24,328 nt of DNA from NCBI RefSeq assembly GCF_006345805.1, contig NW_021836714.1:1-24328 (forward strand), read 5' to 3'. Below are positions 1-9,540 of the stretch, piece by piece; position 1 is the stretch's first letter, and every line of letters begins with the position of its first letter. The notes below the pieces were generated by a model, which saw nothing but the letters and a program-made list of their open reading frames with translations, was not told where the DNA came from and ran no database searches. The translations under genes and the position numbers were made by a program. The stretch is from Octopus sinensis. Its lineage: Eukaryota.

Positions 1-127
1 CCTTTCTCTCCCCTCTTCTTCACTTCATCTCCGTCTTTAATCCTTTCCTTTCAGATGCTTTCCCTCGTTCCTCACTGCTGCTCCCACTAATCGTTGCCTT
101 ATTTATATTTTCCTCTTAGCTTACTTC

Positions 128-274
128 GTATGTATGTATGTATGTATGTATGTATGTATGTATGTATGTATGTATGTATGTATGTATGTATGTATGTATG
201 TGTATGCATGCATGTATGTATGCATGTATGTATGTATGTATGCATGTATGTGTGTGTGTATGCATGTATGTATG

Positions 275-324
<50 letters not shown>

Positions 325-390
325 TGTATGTATGTATGTATGTATGTATGTATATGCATGTATATGTATATATATGTATGTCTATGTATG

Positions 391-424
<34 letters not shown>

Positions 425-535
425 TATGCATGTATATGTATATATATGTATGTCTATGTATATATGTAAGTATGTATGCATGTATGTCTATGTATGTATG
501 TATGTATGTATGTATGTATGTATGTATGTATGTAT

Positions 536-575
<40 letters not shown>

Positions 576-838
576 CTATGTATGTATGTATATGCATGTA
601 TATGTATATATATGTGTGTCTATGTATATATGTATTATGTATGTATGTATGTATGTATGTATGTATGTATGTCTATGTATATATATGTATGTCTATGTAT
701 GTATGTATATCTATGCATATATATGTATGTATGTATATATGTAAGTATGTCTATGTATATATATATGTATGTCTATATATGTATATATGTATGTATGTAT
801 GCATGTATGTATGTATGCCTGTCTGTCTGTCTGTCTGC
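128..838. repeat. (TATG)n microsatellite with (TA)n interruptions, ending in (TCTG)n
   Basis: Seen directly. Accounts for the MYVC/HTYI ORFs at 94-976. Confidence 0.97.
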
Positions 839-1184
839 GTACCAGTCCATTCATTCATCTATCTCAATTTTTATGAACCTACCATCTGTTTCTCTTATCT
901 CAAATATTTTAGTCAAGTGAGGGCTTCGAACGAGCCAGAACAAACACACATATGCACGCACGCACACACACAATAAAGGAAGAAGAAATGAGTGAGGGTG
1001 GGAGACAGAAACAGTTGGAGAAGGAGAGAGAGTGAGAGAGAGAGAGAGAGAGAGAGTAAATGAAATATTGCAAGAGAGTGACAGAAATGATTTAGACAAT
1101 TGTTACTGATTTGAAGCCAAAACAGAAAAAAGAAAACATCAAAATATCTAAAACCCGCCAATCTGATGAAATTACCCATTTATT

Positions 1185-1186
<2 letters not shown>

Positions 1187-1247
<61 letters not shown>

Positions 1248-1659
1248 TTATGCTTGACTTTTGCTTTACAAGTTGGACCCAAGTCTCACCCAGAGACCTC
1301 AAGAGGCAACAAGCTGGAAGTTCATGTTGGTGTTATGTCTAGGGTGTCATATATTTGGTTTTGTACATAGTGTTGTTCTAGAGAATGTTTAAGAAACCAT
1401 AAGAAAATTATGTTTGTTTTAAAACTTGAGACTACATAGAAAGTATTTTGCGTAGGATATGAGCAGTTCCCATGAGCACTATCTTTTGAATTTCTGCCAT
1501 TTTGAGGTTTCCTGGTATCTGAGCTAGGTAGCAATCAGCCCCTTTTGCTATCATTCCCAGGGCACCTATGACAACAGGTATTGTTTTAGTCTCCAGGTTC
1601 CACATTTTGCTATTTTCTATTTCAAGATGTTTATACTTGCTCAGTTTTATTATTATTAA

Positions 1660-1705
<46 letters not shown>

Positions 1706-1718
1706 TATTATTATTATT
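1187..1718 (-). mobile_element. 5'-truncated R4/Dong-clade non-LTR retrotransposon (3' end and 3' UTR) embedded in a (TAA)n tract
   Basis: Minus-strand 1647-1432 translates without interruption to the C-terminus of a restriction-like endonuclease (RLE) ORF. About 180 bp of 3' UTR follows. (ATT)n, which is (TAA)n on the element strand, flanks both sides at 1187-1248 and 1648-1718. Confidence 0.85.
1432..1647 (-). pseudogene. C-terminal fragment of an R4/Dong-type RT-RLE protein
   Basis: My translation: KLSKYKHLEIENSKMWNLETKTIPVVIGALGMIAKGADCYLAQIPGNLKMAEIQKIVLMGTAHILRKILSM*. It contains the K..KY..L, IPVVIGALG and QK.VL.GTAHILRK motifs typical of R4/Dong C-termini. Family assignment is from motif recall, not a search. 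Confidence 0.85.
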
Positions 1719-1764
1719 TTATTTCTTTCATATCAGTTTAACGTAATCTTATCTGAAAGACGAT

Positions 1765-2245
1765 ATGCAAATCAGTCACAGCGGCATCCCAGTACCAGTT
1801 CCTCTACCAGTATGGTACTATAGTCAATGCATCCGATTTCCGGGTACGTCAATACACCCTGCTTTTTCTCGGACTCTTTTACCTGTACCAAACGCTCAAG
1901 GTTCATCTTTACGTCTTTCGCCATCGATAAGCGAAACGTCGCCGACAAACCATGTCTTGTCGTCGGCAAGTCCGGACGCTAATTCTTTATGGCATCACGA
2001 ATCGTCAAAACCGAAGAAGAACTCTTTCTCGATCGATGCCATACTAAACAGGGATTCCTGTAAATCCGAAGAGATTTCTCCGAGGGGAGAGAACTTGACA
2101 GAAGTGGCAACCTGTTTGGCGACCACAGAGAAAAGACGTCAACGACTGTACAACACAAGTCATCCGTATATTTCCACAACGTATTCAACAAACATCCATT
2201 ATCAAAACCATCATCAGTACCAAGTGTGTCAAGACTCAAAGACTG
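1765..2245 (+). CDS. Coding exon of a probable eh1-containing transcriptional repressor (homeobox, Fox or similar); DNA-binding domain not in this exon
   Basis: Non-repetitive, CpG-rich 160-codon open frame. KKNSFSIDAILNR matches eh1 FxIxxIL (2026-2046). The frame reaches CTG|GTGAGT (GT at 2246-2247, phase 1) just before the stop. An upstream acceptor tttctttcatatcAG ends at 1736, and an in-frame TAA at 1744-1746 precedes the ATG. Confidence 0.65.
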
Positions 2246-2338
2246 GTGAGTAAATGAACCATTATTTTAAATATTAGCTGTTTATTTGTTGTTGTTGTGT
2301 GTATGGTGTGTTTGTGCGCGCGTGCGTGCGTATGTGTA

Positions 2339-2777
2339 TTGGGTTGTCTGGAAAGTTTGTGCCAATTTTTGAAGGAAAGAAAAAGGTCAATAAATACTTG
2401 CCATTACATTTTTAATCAACCAAATATGAACCATTTTGTTGCACAATGTGTCTCCATGTTTCCTTTAACTTGAAAATACCCTCTTCCCAGAATTGAGGTG
2501 GTTTCATGGTATCTTTTTACATCATCCAAGGAATTGAAATTTTTGTCTGGTTCCCAAAGCATCAAGTGTCGAAAATGAACTTTCTTATCTTCCATTTTAA
2601 AGGGTTACAGAATTAACACTGGTTATAGGAACATAAACCTTCTTCCACGGAAAGATAGCTTAAACTGTGCTGTAAATGGAGGTGTAGTCAAATCCTATTT
2701 TATGGGCTCAACCATGTTCTAAAATTAATCGAAAGGTAAGCTACTATAAATTGGCACGAACTTTCCAGACAACCCAA
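2339..2777 (-). mobile_element. Internally deleted mariner (MITE-like)
   Basis: 30-bp TIRs ttgggttgtctggaaagtt(t/c)gtgccaattt (2339-2368 and 2748-2777, 1 mismatch) with TA on both sides. The minus strand carries a transposase N-terminus MEDKKVHFRHLMLWE (ATG 2595) joined to C-terminal KNFNSLDDVKRY...PQFWEEGIFKLKETWRHIVQQNGSYLVD* (stop 2412-2414). Confidence 0.9.
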
Positions 2778-2885
2778 TATTATACATTTGTTAAATAAAC
2801 GAGAAACATAAAGTAACTTATGAAAGGTAGGTCAACCAGATTCTTTCTGACTGCCCACCTGCTCTCATATTAATTTCCTTTTCAG

Positions 2886-2968
2886 CTGGTATATCTAGAG
2901 CGAGTGAGCTTTGTGAAACCCATCCTGCACCTAGCTATAGCTACAACAATCAAGTAGGCGTCTTATGA
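2886..2968 (+). CDS. Candidate small downstream exon (speculative)
   Basis: CTGAC branch-like site (2847-2851), then an AG-free pyrimidine tract and ttttcAG (2885). Open in the phase required by the 2245 donor: (A)GISRASELCETHPAPSYSYNNQVGVL*. No homology recognised. Confidence 0.25.
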
Positions 2969-2984
2969 TTCCAGGAGGTCCATA

Positions 2985-3290
2985 TATGATTTTTGGGATC
3001 CACCCAAGCAAAATAATAAACTGGGGATCCACAATAGTATATTAAGAGCTCATGAAAAATCTTGGTTTAGATGTATTTATTATGGGAAAAAAACAGCTAA
3101 ATTTCTTTGTCAAACGTTTTACATAGTTCACCATACATAAATGAATGCATGAATAACTAAATAGGAATTTTGACAGAAGTAGCAATAAAACTATAAAAGT
3201 TTTTAAGCATGAATGGCTATGGGGGTCCACCAGAATAAAATAGTGCTCAAATGGGGCCATAGATAAAAAAAAAATAGTTGAGACCCACTG
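2985..3290. mobile_element. Degenerate hAT-like MITE remnant
   Basis: Ends in gttgagacccactg (reverse complement CAGTGGGTCTCAAC) and has internal ggggatccac/ggggtccac motifs. Related termini lie at 4172-4186 and 7924-7937. The partner TIR was not found. Confidence 0.3.
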
Positions 3291-3343
3291 ATTTATAGGA
3301 TCGAAAATAGTTGATCATACTTCTACAATACACAAAATATTCT

Positions 3344-3605
3344 TTTCTACTCTAAGCACAAAGCCCGAAATTTTTGGGGAGGAGGCCAGTCGATTTGACC
3401 GACCCCAGTACGCAACTGGTACTTAATTTATCGACCCCAGTACGCAACTGGTACTTAATTTATCGACCCCGAAAGGATGGAAGGCAAAGTCGACCTCGGT
3501 GGAATTTGAACTCAAAACGTAACGGCAGACGAAATACCTATTTCTTTACTACTCACCAGGGGCTAAACACAGGGTCGTGTAAACGTTTCTACCATCTCGT
3601 TGCCT
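3344..3605 (-). mobile_element. tRNA-derived SINE, family 1, with a 20-bp target-site duplication
   Basis: Flanked by the direct repeat tacaatacacaaaatattct (3324-3343 and 3606-3625). Minus-strand B-box-like gagttcaaattcc. The body ...tttcggggtcgataaattaagtaccag... is shared with the copies at 8292-8518 and 10781-10946. Confidence 0.9.
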
Positions 3606-3658
3606 TACAATACACAAAATATTCTAACAATTTTTTTTATACAATTCCTAATAATATT

Positions 3659-4074
3659 TACCTCCGCCAAAGAAAGAGTTTATGTTTTCATCTGCGTTGG
3701 TTTGTCCGCCTGTCCGTCTGTGTGCAAAATAACTCAAAAAGTTGTGAACGGTATTTGATGAAACTTGCAGAAGAAGTTGGTAATGACACAAGGAACTGAT
3801 GAAATTTTGGTAGTGATCCGGGAATTTTTATGGATTCTTGAATTTTTATGGATTCTTGAAGGATTTTTCATTTGTTATATTTACTTTACATGAAGCATTA
3901 CAATGTTGCGTTCTTTGATTATCTCCATTGAAAACACGTTCATCGTTTCCACGTAACTTATGGTGGCGTTGCTGTTTCCAACGTTTATTTTCGTTTCTCT
4001 ATTAGTAATTTTACTCGTGTATCTATCTTAAAATGAGCTTGGCAGAGGTCCGCGCCCTCCGAGTGCTTTTCTAG
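3659..4074 (+). mobile_element. Non-autonomous Helentron/Helitron2-type element (HINE/DINE-1-like)
   Basis: Subterminal inverted repeats cctccgccaa (3661-3670) and ttggcagagg (4039-4048). A short tgtc/ccg simple repeat follows the 5' subTIR, there is an internal 18-bp tandem duplication near 3824-3860, and the 3' end reads gagtgcttttCTAG|tt. Confidence 0.7.
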
Positions 4075-4208
4075 TTAATTATGAAAATATTACGGTAATT
4101 TTAAACATCGAATGCCTAGGAGGATCCATCCGAATAAGTTAGGAAACAAAGCGGGTTCATACATGAAAAACGGTTGAGAATCACTAGCATACGTAAGTCT
4201 AGGCTAGT

Positions 4209-4303
4209 AATTTTGGCAGAATCGCCAGTGACGAATGCATGATGCTTTAAGGACGGTATCTCTGCAGGTTGATTCTTAGCGTTATGAGTTCGAGTTCTGC
4301 CTC
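4209..4303 (+). mobile_element. Degenerate head-only fragment of SINE family 1
   Basis: tggcagaatcg (A-box-like) followed by ttatgagttcgagttctgcc (B-box-like). Truncated where the family-2 SINE tail begins. Confidence 0.5.
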
Positions 4304-4306
4304 GTA

Positions 4307-4722
4307 TACTCTTTTTACTCTTTTACTTGTTTCAGTCATGTGAGTGTGAGCATGCTGGAGCACCGACTTTAGTCGAGCAAATCGACCCCAGGACTTATTC
4401 TTTGTAAGCCCAGTACTTATTCTATCGGTCTCTTTTGTCGAACCGCTAAGTTACGGGGACGTAAATACACCAGCATCGGTTGTCAAGCGATGTTGGGGAG
4501 ACAAACACAGACACACAAACATATACACACACATACATATATACATATACATATATACGACGGGCTTCTTTCCGTTTCCGTCTACCAAATCCATTCACAA
4601 GGCTTTGGTCGGCCCGAGGTTATAGTAGAAGACATTTGCCCAAGGTGCCACGCTGTGGGACTGAGCCCGGAACCATGTGGTTGGTAAGCAAGCTACTTAC
4701 CACGCAGCCACTCCTACGCCTA
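4307..4722 (-). mobile_element. Full-length tRNA-derived SINE, family 2 (CORE-SINE-like)
   Basis: Minus strand: A-box-like agtggctgcgtgg, B-box-like ggttccgggctcagtccc, CORE-like ggcaccttgggcaaatgtctt, an internal (TG/TA)n and the tail ...gtgctccagcatg...tgactgaaacaagtaaaagag. Four more homologous copies are in the window. Confidence 0.9.
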
Positions 4723-4829
4723 TGTTGAAACATATGTATAAACACCCGACGACCACGGGAGCACCCAGTCCAACCCACAATTGATCAGCGAGGACCTACC
4801 CGTCCCCCACCTGTTTTTGTTGTTGTTAT

Positions 4830-4998
4830 TGTTATTATTGTTTAGAGATATGTTAGCTCCGATCTAGCTGCCCTTTGATCAAAGACAATCCGATGGTGAC
4901 CATTCCATCAGTTTTTTTCAGACATAGCTGTTATCAACTGCTACGCATTTAAGATTGCATGGTGTGATTTTAAGTAGATTTTGCTGCTATTTCAAGCA
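4830..4998 (+). repeat. Degenerate dispersed repeat, family 4 (unclassified)
   Basis: ggtgtgattttaagtagattttgctgctatttc resembles 8895-8940 (ggtatgatttgaaagaattttaattgctatttc) and the reverse complement of about 11690-11855 (ttaagattgggtgtgattt). Confidence 0.5.
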
Positions 4999-5069
4999 TG
5001 TTGTAGCTGGTTTCTGGTTGGTTTTGTTGTTGTTGTTTTTGTTGCTACTGCTGCTGCTGCTGCTGTTGA

Positions 5070-5104
<35 letters not shown>

Positions 5105-5561
5105 TTGTTTGCTCTAAGCAAACCTGTAATCAAAGACATTTTAGCAGTAAACATTCCATCTTCTTTCCTCTCTGTTCTTGTTGTTGATGTTATTGCGGTT
5201 GTTGTTGCTGCTGCTGCTACTGCTGTTGTTGTTGTTGCTGCTGCTGTTGTTGTTGTTGCTGCTGCTACTGCTGTTGTTGTTGTTGCTGCTGCTGCTGTTG
5301 TTGTTGTTGTTACTGCTGTTGTTGTTGCTGCTACTACTGTTGTTGCTGTTGTTGTTGTTACTGCTGCTGTTATTGTTGCTGCTGTTGTTGTTGTTGTTGT
5401 TACTGCTGTTGCTGTTGCTGCTACTACTGTTGTTGCTGTTGTTGTTGTTACTGCTGCTGCTGTTGTTGTTGTTGCTGCTGCTGCTGTTGTTGTTGTTGTT
5501 ACTGCTGTTGTTGTTGCTGCTACTACTGTTGTTGCTGTTGTTGTTGTTACTGCTGCTGTTA

Positions 5562-5594
<33 letters not shown>

Positions 5595-5940
5595 CTGTTG
5601 TTGTTGTTACTGCTGTTGTTATTGTTGCTGTTGTTGTTGTTGTTGTTACGGCTGTTGTTGTTGTTGCTGCTGCTGCTGTTGTTGTTGTTGTTACTGCTGT
5701 TGTTGTTGCTGCTACTACTGTTGTTGCTGTTGTTGTTGTTACTGCTGTTGTTATTGTTGCTGTTGTTGTTGTTGTTGTTGTTACTGCTGTTGTTGTTGTT
5801 ATTGTTGCTGTCGTTGTTACTGCTGTTGTTGTTGCTGTTGTTGTTGTTGTTGTTGTTACTGCTGCTGCTGTTGTTGTTACTGTTGTTGTTACAGCTCTTG
5901 TTGCTGCTGCTGCTGCTGCTGCTGCCGCCGCTCTTGTGGT
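4995..5940. repeat. Compound (GTT/GCT/ACT)n trinucleotide array with higher-order repeats
   Basis: Seen directly. Produces the poly-V/A, poly-L and poly-T/A ORFs. Confidence 0.95.
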
Positions 5941-6040
5941 TATAGTCATTGCTGTTCTTCTCGTTGCAATGTCTCCTTGTAATAGGAAGATGTCGATCGT
6001 GAGCAGAAACTGAAATATTGAATTTTAATTAAAACTGATA

Positions 6041-6043
<3 letters not shown>

Positions 6044-6079
<36 letters not shown>

Positions 6080-6328
6080 AGATAACAAAATAAAACAAAA
6101 CGGTGGCGTGGGTATGCGGGTGGGGGTGTTTTCCGGAAAATATTAAACACGCTACCTGCCCCGGCTTCTTCGCTCGTTAATTGCACCTTCACCTGCCCTA
6201 GAAGTACCACAAATCAAACGCAGCTGCCCCTTAAAAACACACCAGGAATCAACCGTCACTAGGAATAAATAAATAAATAAATAAATGAATAAATAAATGA
6301 ATAAATAAATAAATAAATGAATAAATAA
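6044..6328. repeat. (CAA)n at 6044-6078 and (AAAT)n at 6265-6328, with unique sequence between them
   Basis: Seen directly. Confidence 0.9.
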
Positions 6329-6399
6329 ACAGAAAATGAAACAAAAAAAATGATGCTCAAGAGCCCGATCGTGTTGTTATCAACACAGCAAGCAAGAAA

Positions 6400-6915
6400 G
6401 CGCTGCGATCGCCACTGCCACCGGCACCGCCGTCGTCATCACCATCATCAGCATCATCACCACAAACACCACCACTGTCGCCATCAACACCATCATCACT
6501 ACCACCACCACTCTCGACGTCACCATCATCACAACCACCACCACCACCACCACCACCATCACCATCATAAACACCATCCTCCACCACCATCACCACCACA
6601 ACCACCACCGCTGCCACCACCACTACCGCTGTCGTCGCCGCCACAACCACCACCACCACCATCACCATCACAAACGCCATCCCCCACCATCACCACCACT
6701 GCTGCCGCTGCCACCACCACTATCACCAGCACCACCACCGCTGCCGCCGTCGCCGCCACAACCGCCACCACTATCACTGCCCTCAATACCTGCACCGACA
6801 GCCACAACACAAATATTAATAGGATAACGAGGACTACTACTACTACTACCACCACCAATACCACAAACATTATCAAAATGCCACAGTTACCGCCATCACC
6901 ACTACAACACAATCA
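6400..6915. repeat. Cryptic (CAC/CAT/GCC)n trinucleotide low-complexity tract
   Basis: Seen directly. Explains the His/Pro/Thr-rich ORF 6350-6940. Confidence 0.9.
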
Positions 6916-7059
6916 CAACTATATTCGATACACCTTGTAGCATGCTGCTTAAAGCCTGTTCACAGTATTCGGCTACCTGATGTCATCGACAGTATGGAGG
7001 TATATGCCACTGGATTTATTTCAGGAGTTCTTTCGTGTCCGTAGAGTTTATAAAATATT

Positions 7060-7447
7060 TGAGAAAAAGAAAATGGAATTCACGAGATTCTTTCACTACG
7101 ATAGTTTCGACTCACGTGCACCGGTGCCTCGCAGGTGAGATGCTGTACAAACTGTTGTGATGCATCGAAGGTGTGGCTATGTCTCATAGGGTGGGCTTAT
7201 CAAAAGGTACCTCGTTTATTAATCTATGTTTCGCTTTTTTCTATTAGAATACATTTGATTCTTGTAATGTGAAGCGGATATTAAAAAACGAAGTACCTTT
7301 TGATAAGTCACCTCATGATATACTCACATCTTCGATGCACCATAACAGTTTGTGTAACATACTACCCGCGTGGCACCGATGCACGATGGGTCGAAACGAT
7401 CGTAGTGAATTATAAAGGATCTCGTGAATTCCATTTTCTTTCTCTCA
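7060..7447. repeat. Long imperfect palindrome (foldback), possibly a MITE
   Basis: The arms align end to end: aaagaaaatggaattcacgagat with atctcgtgaattccattttcttt, ttcactacgatagtttcga with tcgaaacgatcgtagtgaa, and cttatcaaaaggtac with gtaccttttgataag. The centre is near 7254, with a loop of only a few bases. Confidence 0.9.
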
Positions 7448-7489
7448 TATGTGTGTGTGAGTGTGTGTGTGCATGCATACGCCTTTGCG

Positions 7490-7692
7490 TGTGTGTGTGT
7501 TTGTTCCCTACAACCGCTTGATAACCAGTCGTGGTCCCTGTACCTTACTGGTTCGGCAAAAGACTCCGACAGAATAAGTACCAGACTTTAAAAAGAAAGA
7601 AAATACTGGTGTCGATTCGTTCGACTAGAATTCTTCAAGGTGATGCCCCAGCATGGCCATAGTCTTATGACTGAAGAGGTCAAAAGATAAAG
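7490..7692 (+). mobile_element. SINE family 2, 3' half
   Basis: caaccgcttgataacc...ggttcggcaaaag...gaataagtacc...ccagcatggcc...tgactgaa matches the reverse complement of 4320-4500. Confidence 0.8.
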
Positions 7693-8003
7693 AAAGCTCC
7701 CTCAAATCACACTATTTTTTTATGTATGACTGTATATTTTAACCAGGAGAGAAGCAACCCAGAGTCTAGGGCCCTTTGTGGGGTGGTGGGAAGAAATTAT
7801 CCTAAAACCTGAGGCTTGGGGTCAAATGCTTAATAATCGAAGGAACCCAGTATGCTGGGTGATGTAGGGCTTAAACCGGTTGACAGATTAAATCTTCTCC
7901 CAGCTTCACTTTACTAAATGGACCAGAGGTTCTCAACTTGGGCGGTGCTGGGCATTTCCACTAATCCAGCGCCATGGATTTCTTTTAAAACCATTCTTAT
8001 CGT

Positions 8004-8291
8004 TCACTTCTTTCAGTCATTGGAATGCGACCATGCTGGGGCACCGCTTTGAAGGGATTTACCAAAGCACATTGACCCCAGTACTTAAATACTTAAGTAA
8101 GTTTAAAAAAAAAAAGAGTTTGGTATTTATCCTATCAGTAACTTTTGCCGAACCGTTAAGTAACGAGAACATAAACAAACCAACACCGGTTGACAAGCGG
8201 TGGGTAGCAAACACAGACACATATACGCACACATACGACTAGTTTCCACATAGTTTTAGTCAACCAAATTTATTCACAACACATTAGTCGG
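8004..8291 (-). mobile_element. SINE family 2, 5'-truncated
   Basis: tttcagtcatt...catgctggggcaccgc...cgaaccgttaagt...ggttgacaagcgg is collinear with 4325-4610. Confidence 0.8.
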
Positions 8292-8518
8292 CTGTTACGT
8301 TAGCACGTCGGGCGAAATGCTTAGCCGTATTTCGTCTGCCATTACGTTGTGAGTTCAAATTCCGCCGAGGTCGACTTTACCTTTCATCCTTTCGGGGTCG
8401 ATAAATAAAGTACCAGTTACGCACTGGGGTCGATGTAATCGACTTAATACCTATGTCTGTCCTTGTTTGTCCCCTCTATGTTTAGCCCCTTGTGGGTAAT
8501 AAAGAAATAGGTATTTCG
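8292..8518 (+). mobile_element. SINE family 1
   Basis: gagttcaaattccgccgaggtcgactttacctttcatcctttcggggtcgataaa..., with tail tttagccccttgtgggtaataaagaaataggtatttcg. Confidence 0.9.
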
Positions 8519-9199
8519 ATATGTTGTGTCTCGTCAGCTGGAAATACACCGGTGAATCTAAACAAGAGACAATAGCCTTGTTTATAATTTCAGCGAACAA
8601 ACTATGCGCTGATCCGTGCTGATATTGCCAACGAATAATAAATTGGTATATGCACCATGATTAGTGATATTCGAAATGATGATTTATACATATATCCTTA
8701 ATAGATTCTGGCAGTTTTTTCAATTGAAAGACGAAGCTAGGAAACAACTCTGTTGATTGCTACTAAAATCAGCTTATCAAGTAGATCGGTTTCTCTAAAG
8801 CTTTTAAGGTTTGTAAGAAAATTCATTTGAATAAAAAGATGCCGGCTTCTTGGGCTACATTGTGTAATGTGTCAATCTTTACTGAAGAACAAAGGGTATG
8901 ATTTGAAAGAATTTTAATTGCTATTTCTTGCAAGTCGATGAAAGAATCAAGATCACTTAATCTGGTTCGTAGTATTGTCATTTATATCTTTCATATCGAT
9001 GTGTGTTTTGCAAGATAAACTTTGATTTTAGTTAAGCTGTAGGCTGTAGTTATCTGACCGTTTTACTGAAGCAAAGATGGCTGTTTTTTTTTTATTATTA
9101 TTTCTTTTCAACTGAATATTTCAAGTGTGATTCTCCCTTCAGAAGAAGATCCAGGTGTTTTTGTCTTTGTGTGAATGTAAGTATTCATGTATTTTGTGT

Positions 9200-9323
9200 T
9201 CACACACACACACACACACCATACACACACACACATATAATACAATTGTAATAACTCTCTCGCAATCCATATATATGTGTATATATATGTATATATGTAT
9301 ATGTATAATACATATAAATATTA

Positions 9324-9373
<50 letters not shown>

Positions 9374-9540
9374 GTATGTTTCTGTCTATCTGTATATACA
9401 CATATATCTACTTGTGTATGATGTGTGAGAGTGAATGCACACACACACATACACACACATATATATATATCTGTATCTATGTATATACATGTATCTGTCA
9501 ACACATATGCACTCACACACAAGCGCGCGCACATACACAC
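9200..9540. repeat. (CA)n/(TA)n low-complexity tract
   Basis: Seen directly. Confidence 0.9.

Noticed and set aside
94-976. Overlapping MYVC/HTYI ORFs
   Set aside because: Translations of (TATG)n, which lacks stop codons in several frames.
1152-1180. cccgccaatctgatgaaa as a CCAAT promoter element or hammerhead
   Set aside because: A single short motif. No helix II or GAAA geometry for a hammerhead, and no start-site evidence.
3400-3470. Direct repeats resembling a CRISPR array
   Set aside because: An adjacent 32-bp duplication inside a SINE with no spacers, in eukaryotic DNA.
4630-4722. tRNA genes at the SINE heads (also near 8300 and 17680)
   Set aside because: A/B-box remnants only, continuing into SINE bodies, with no complete cloverleaf.
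4955-6013. 352-aa Val/Ala ORF and 255-aa poly-Leu ORF as membrane proteins
   Set aside because: Pure trinucleotide-repeat translations with no unique domain.
6350-6940. His/Pro/Thr-rich 196-aa ORF as exon 2 of the transcription factor
   Set aside because: Derived from a CAC/CAT low-complexity tract. No DNA-binding domain and no convincing acceptor.
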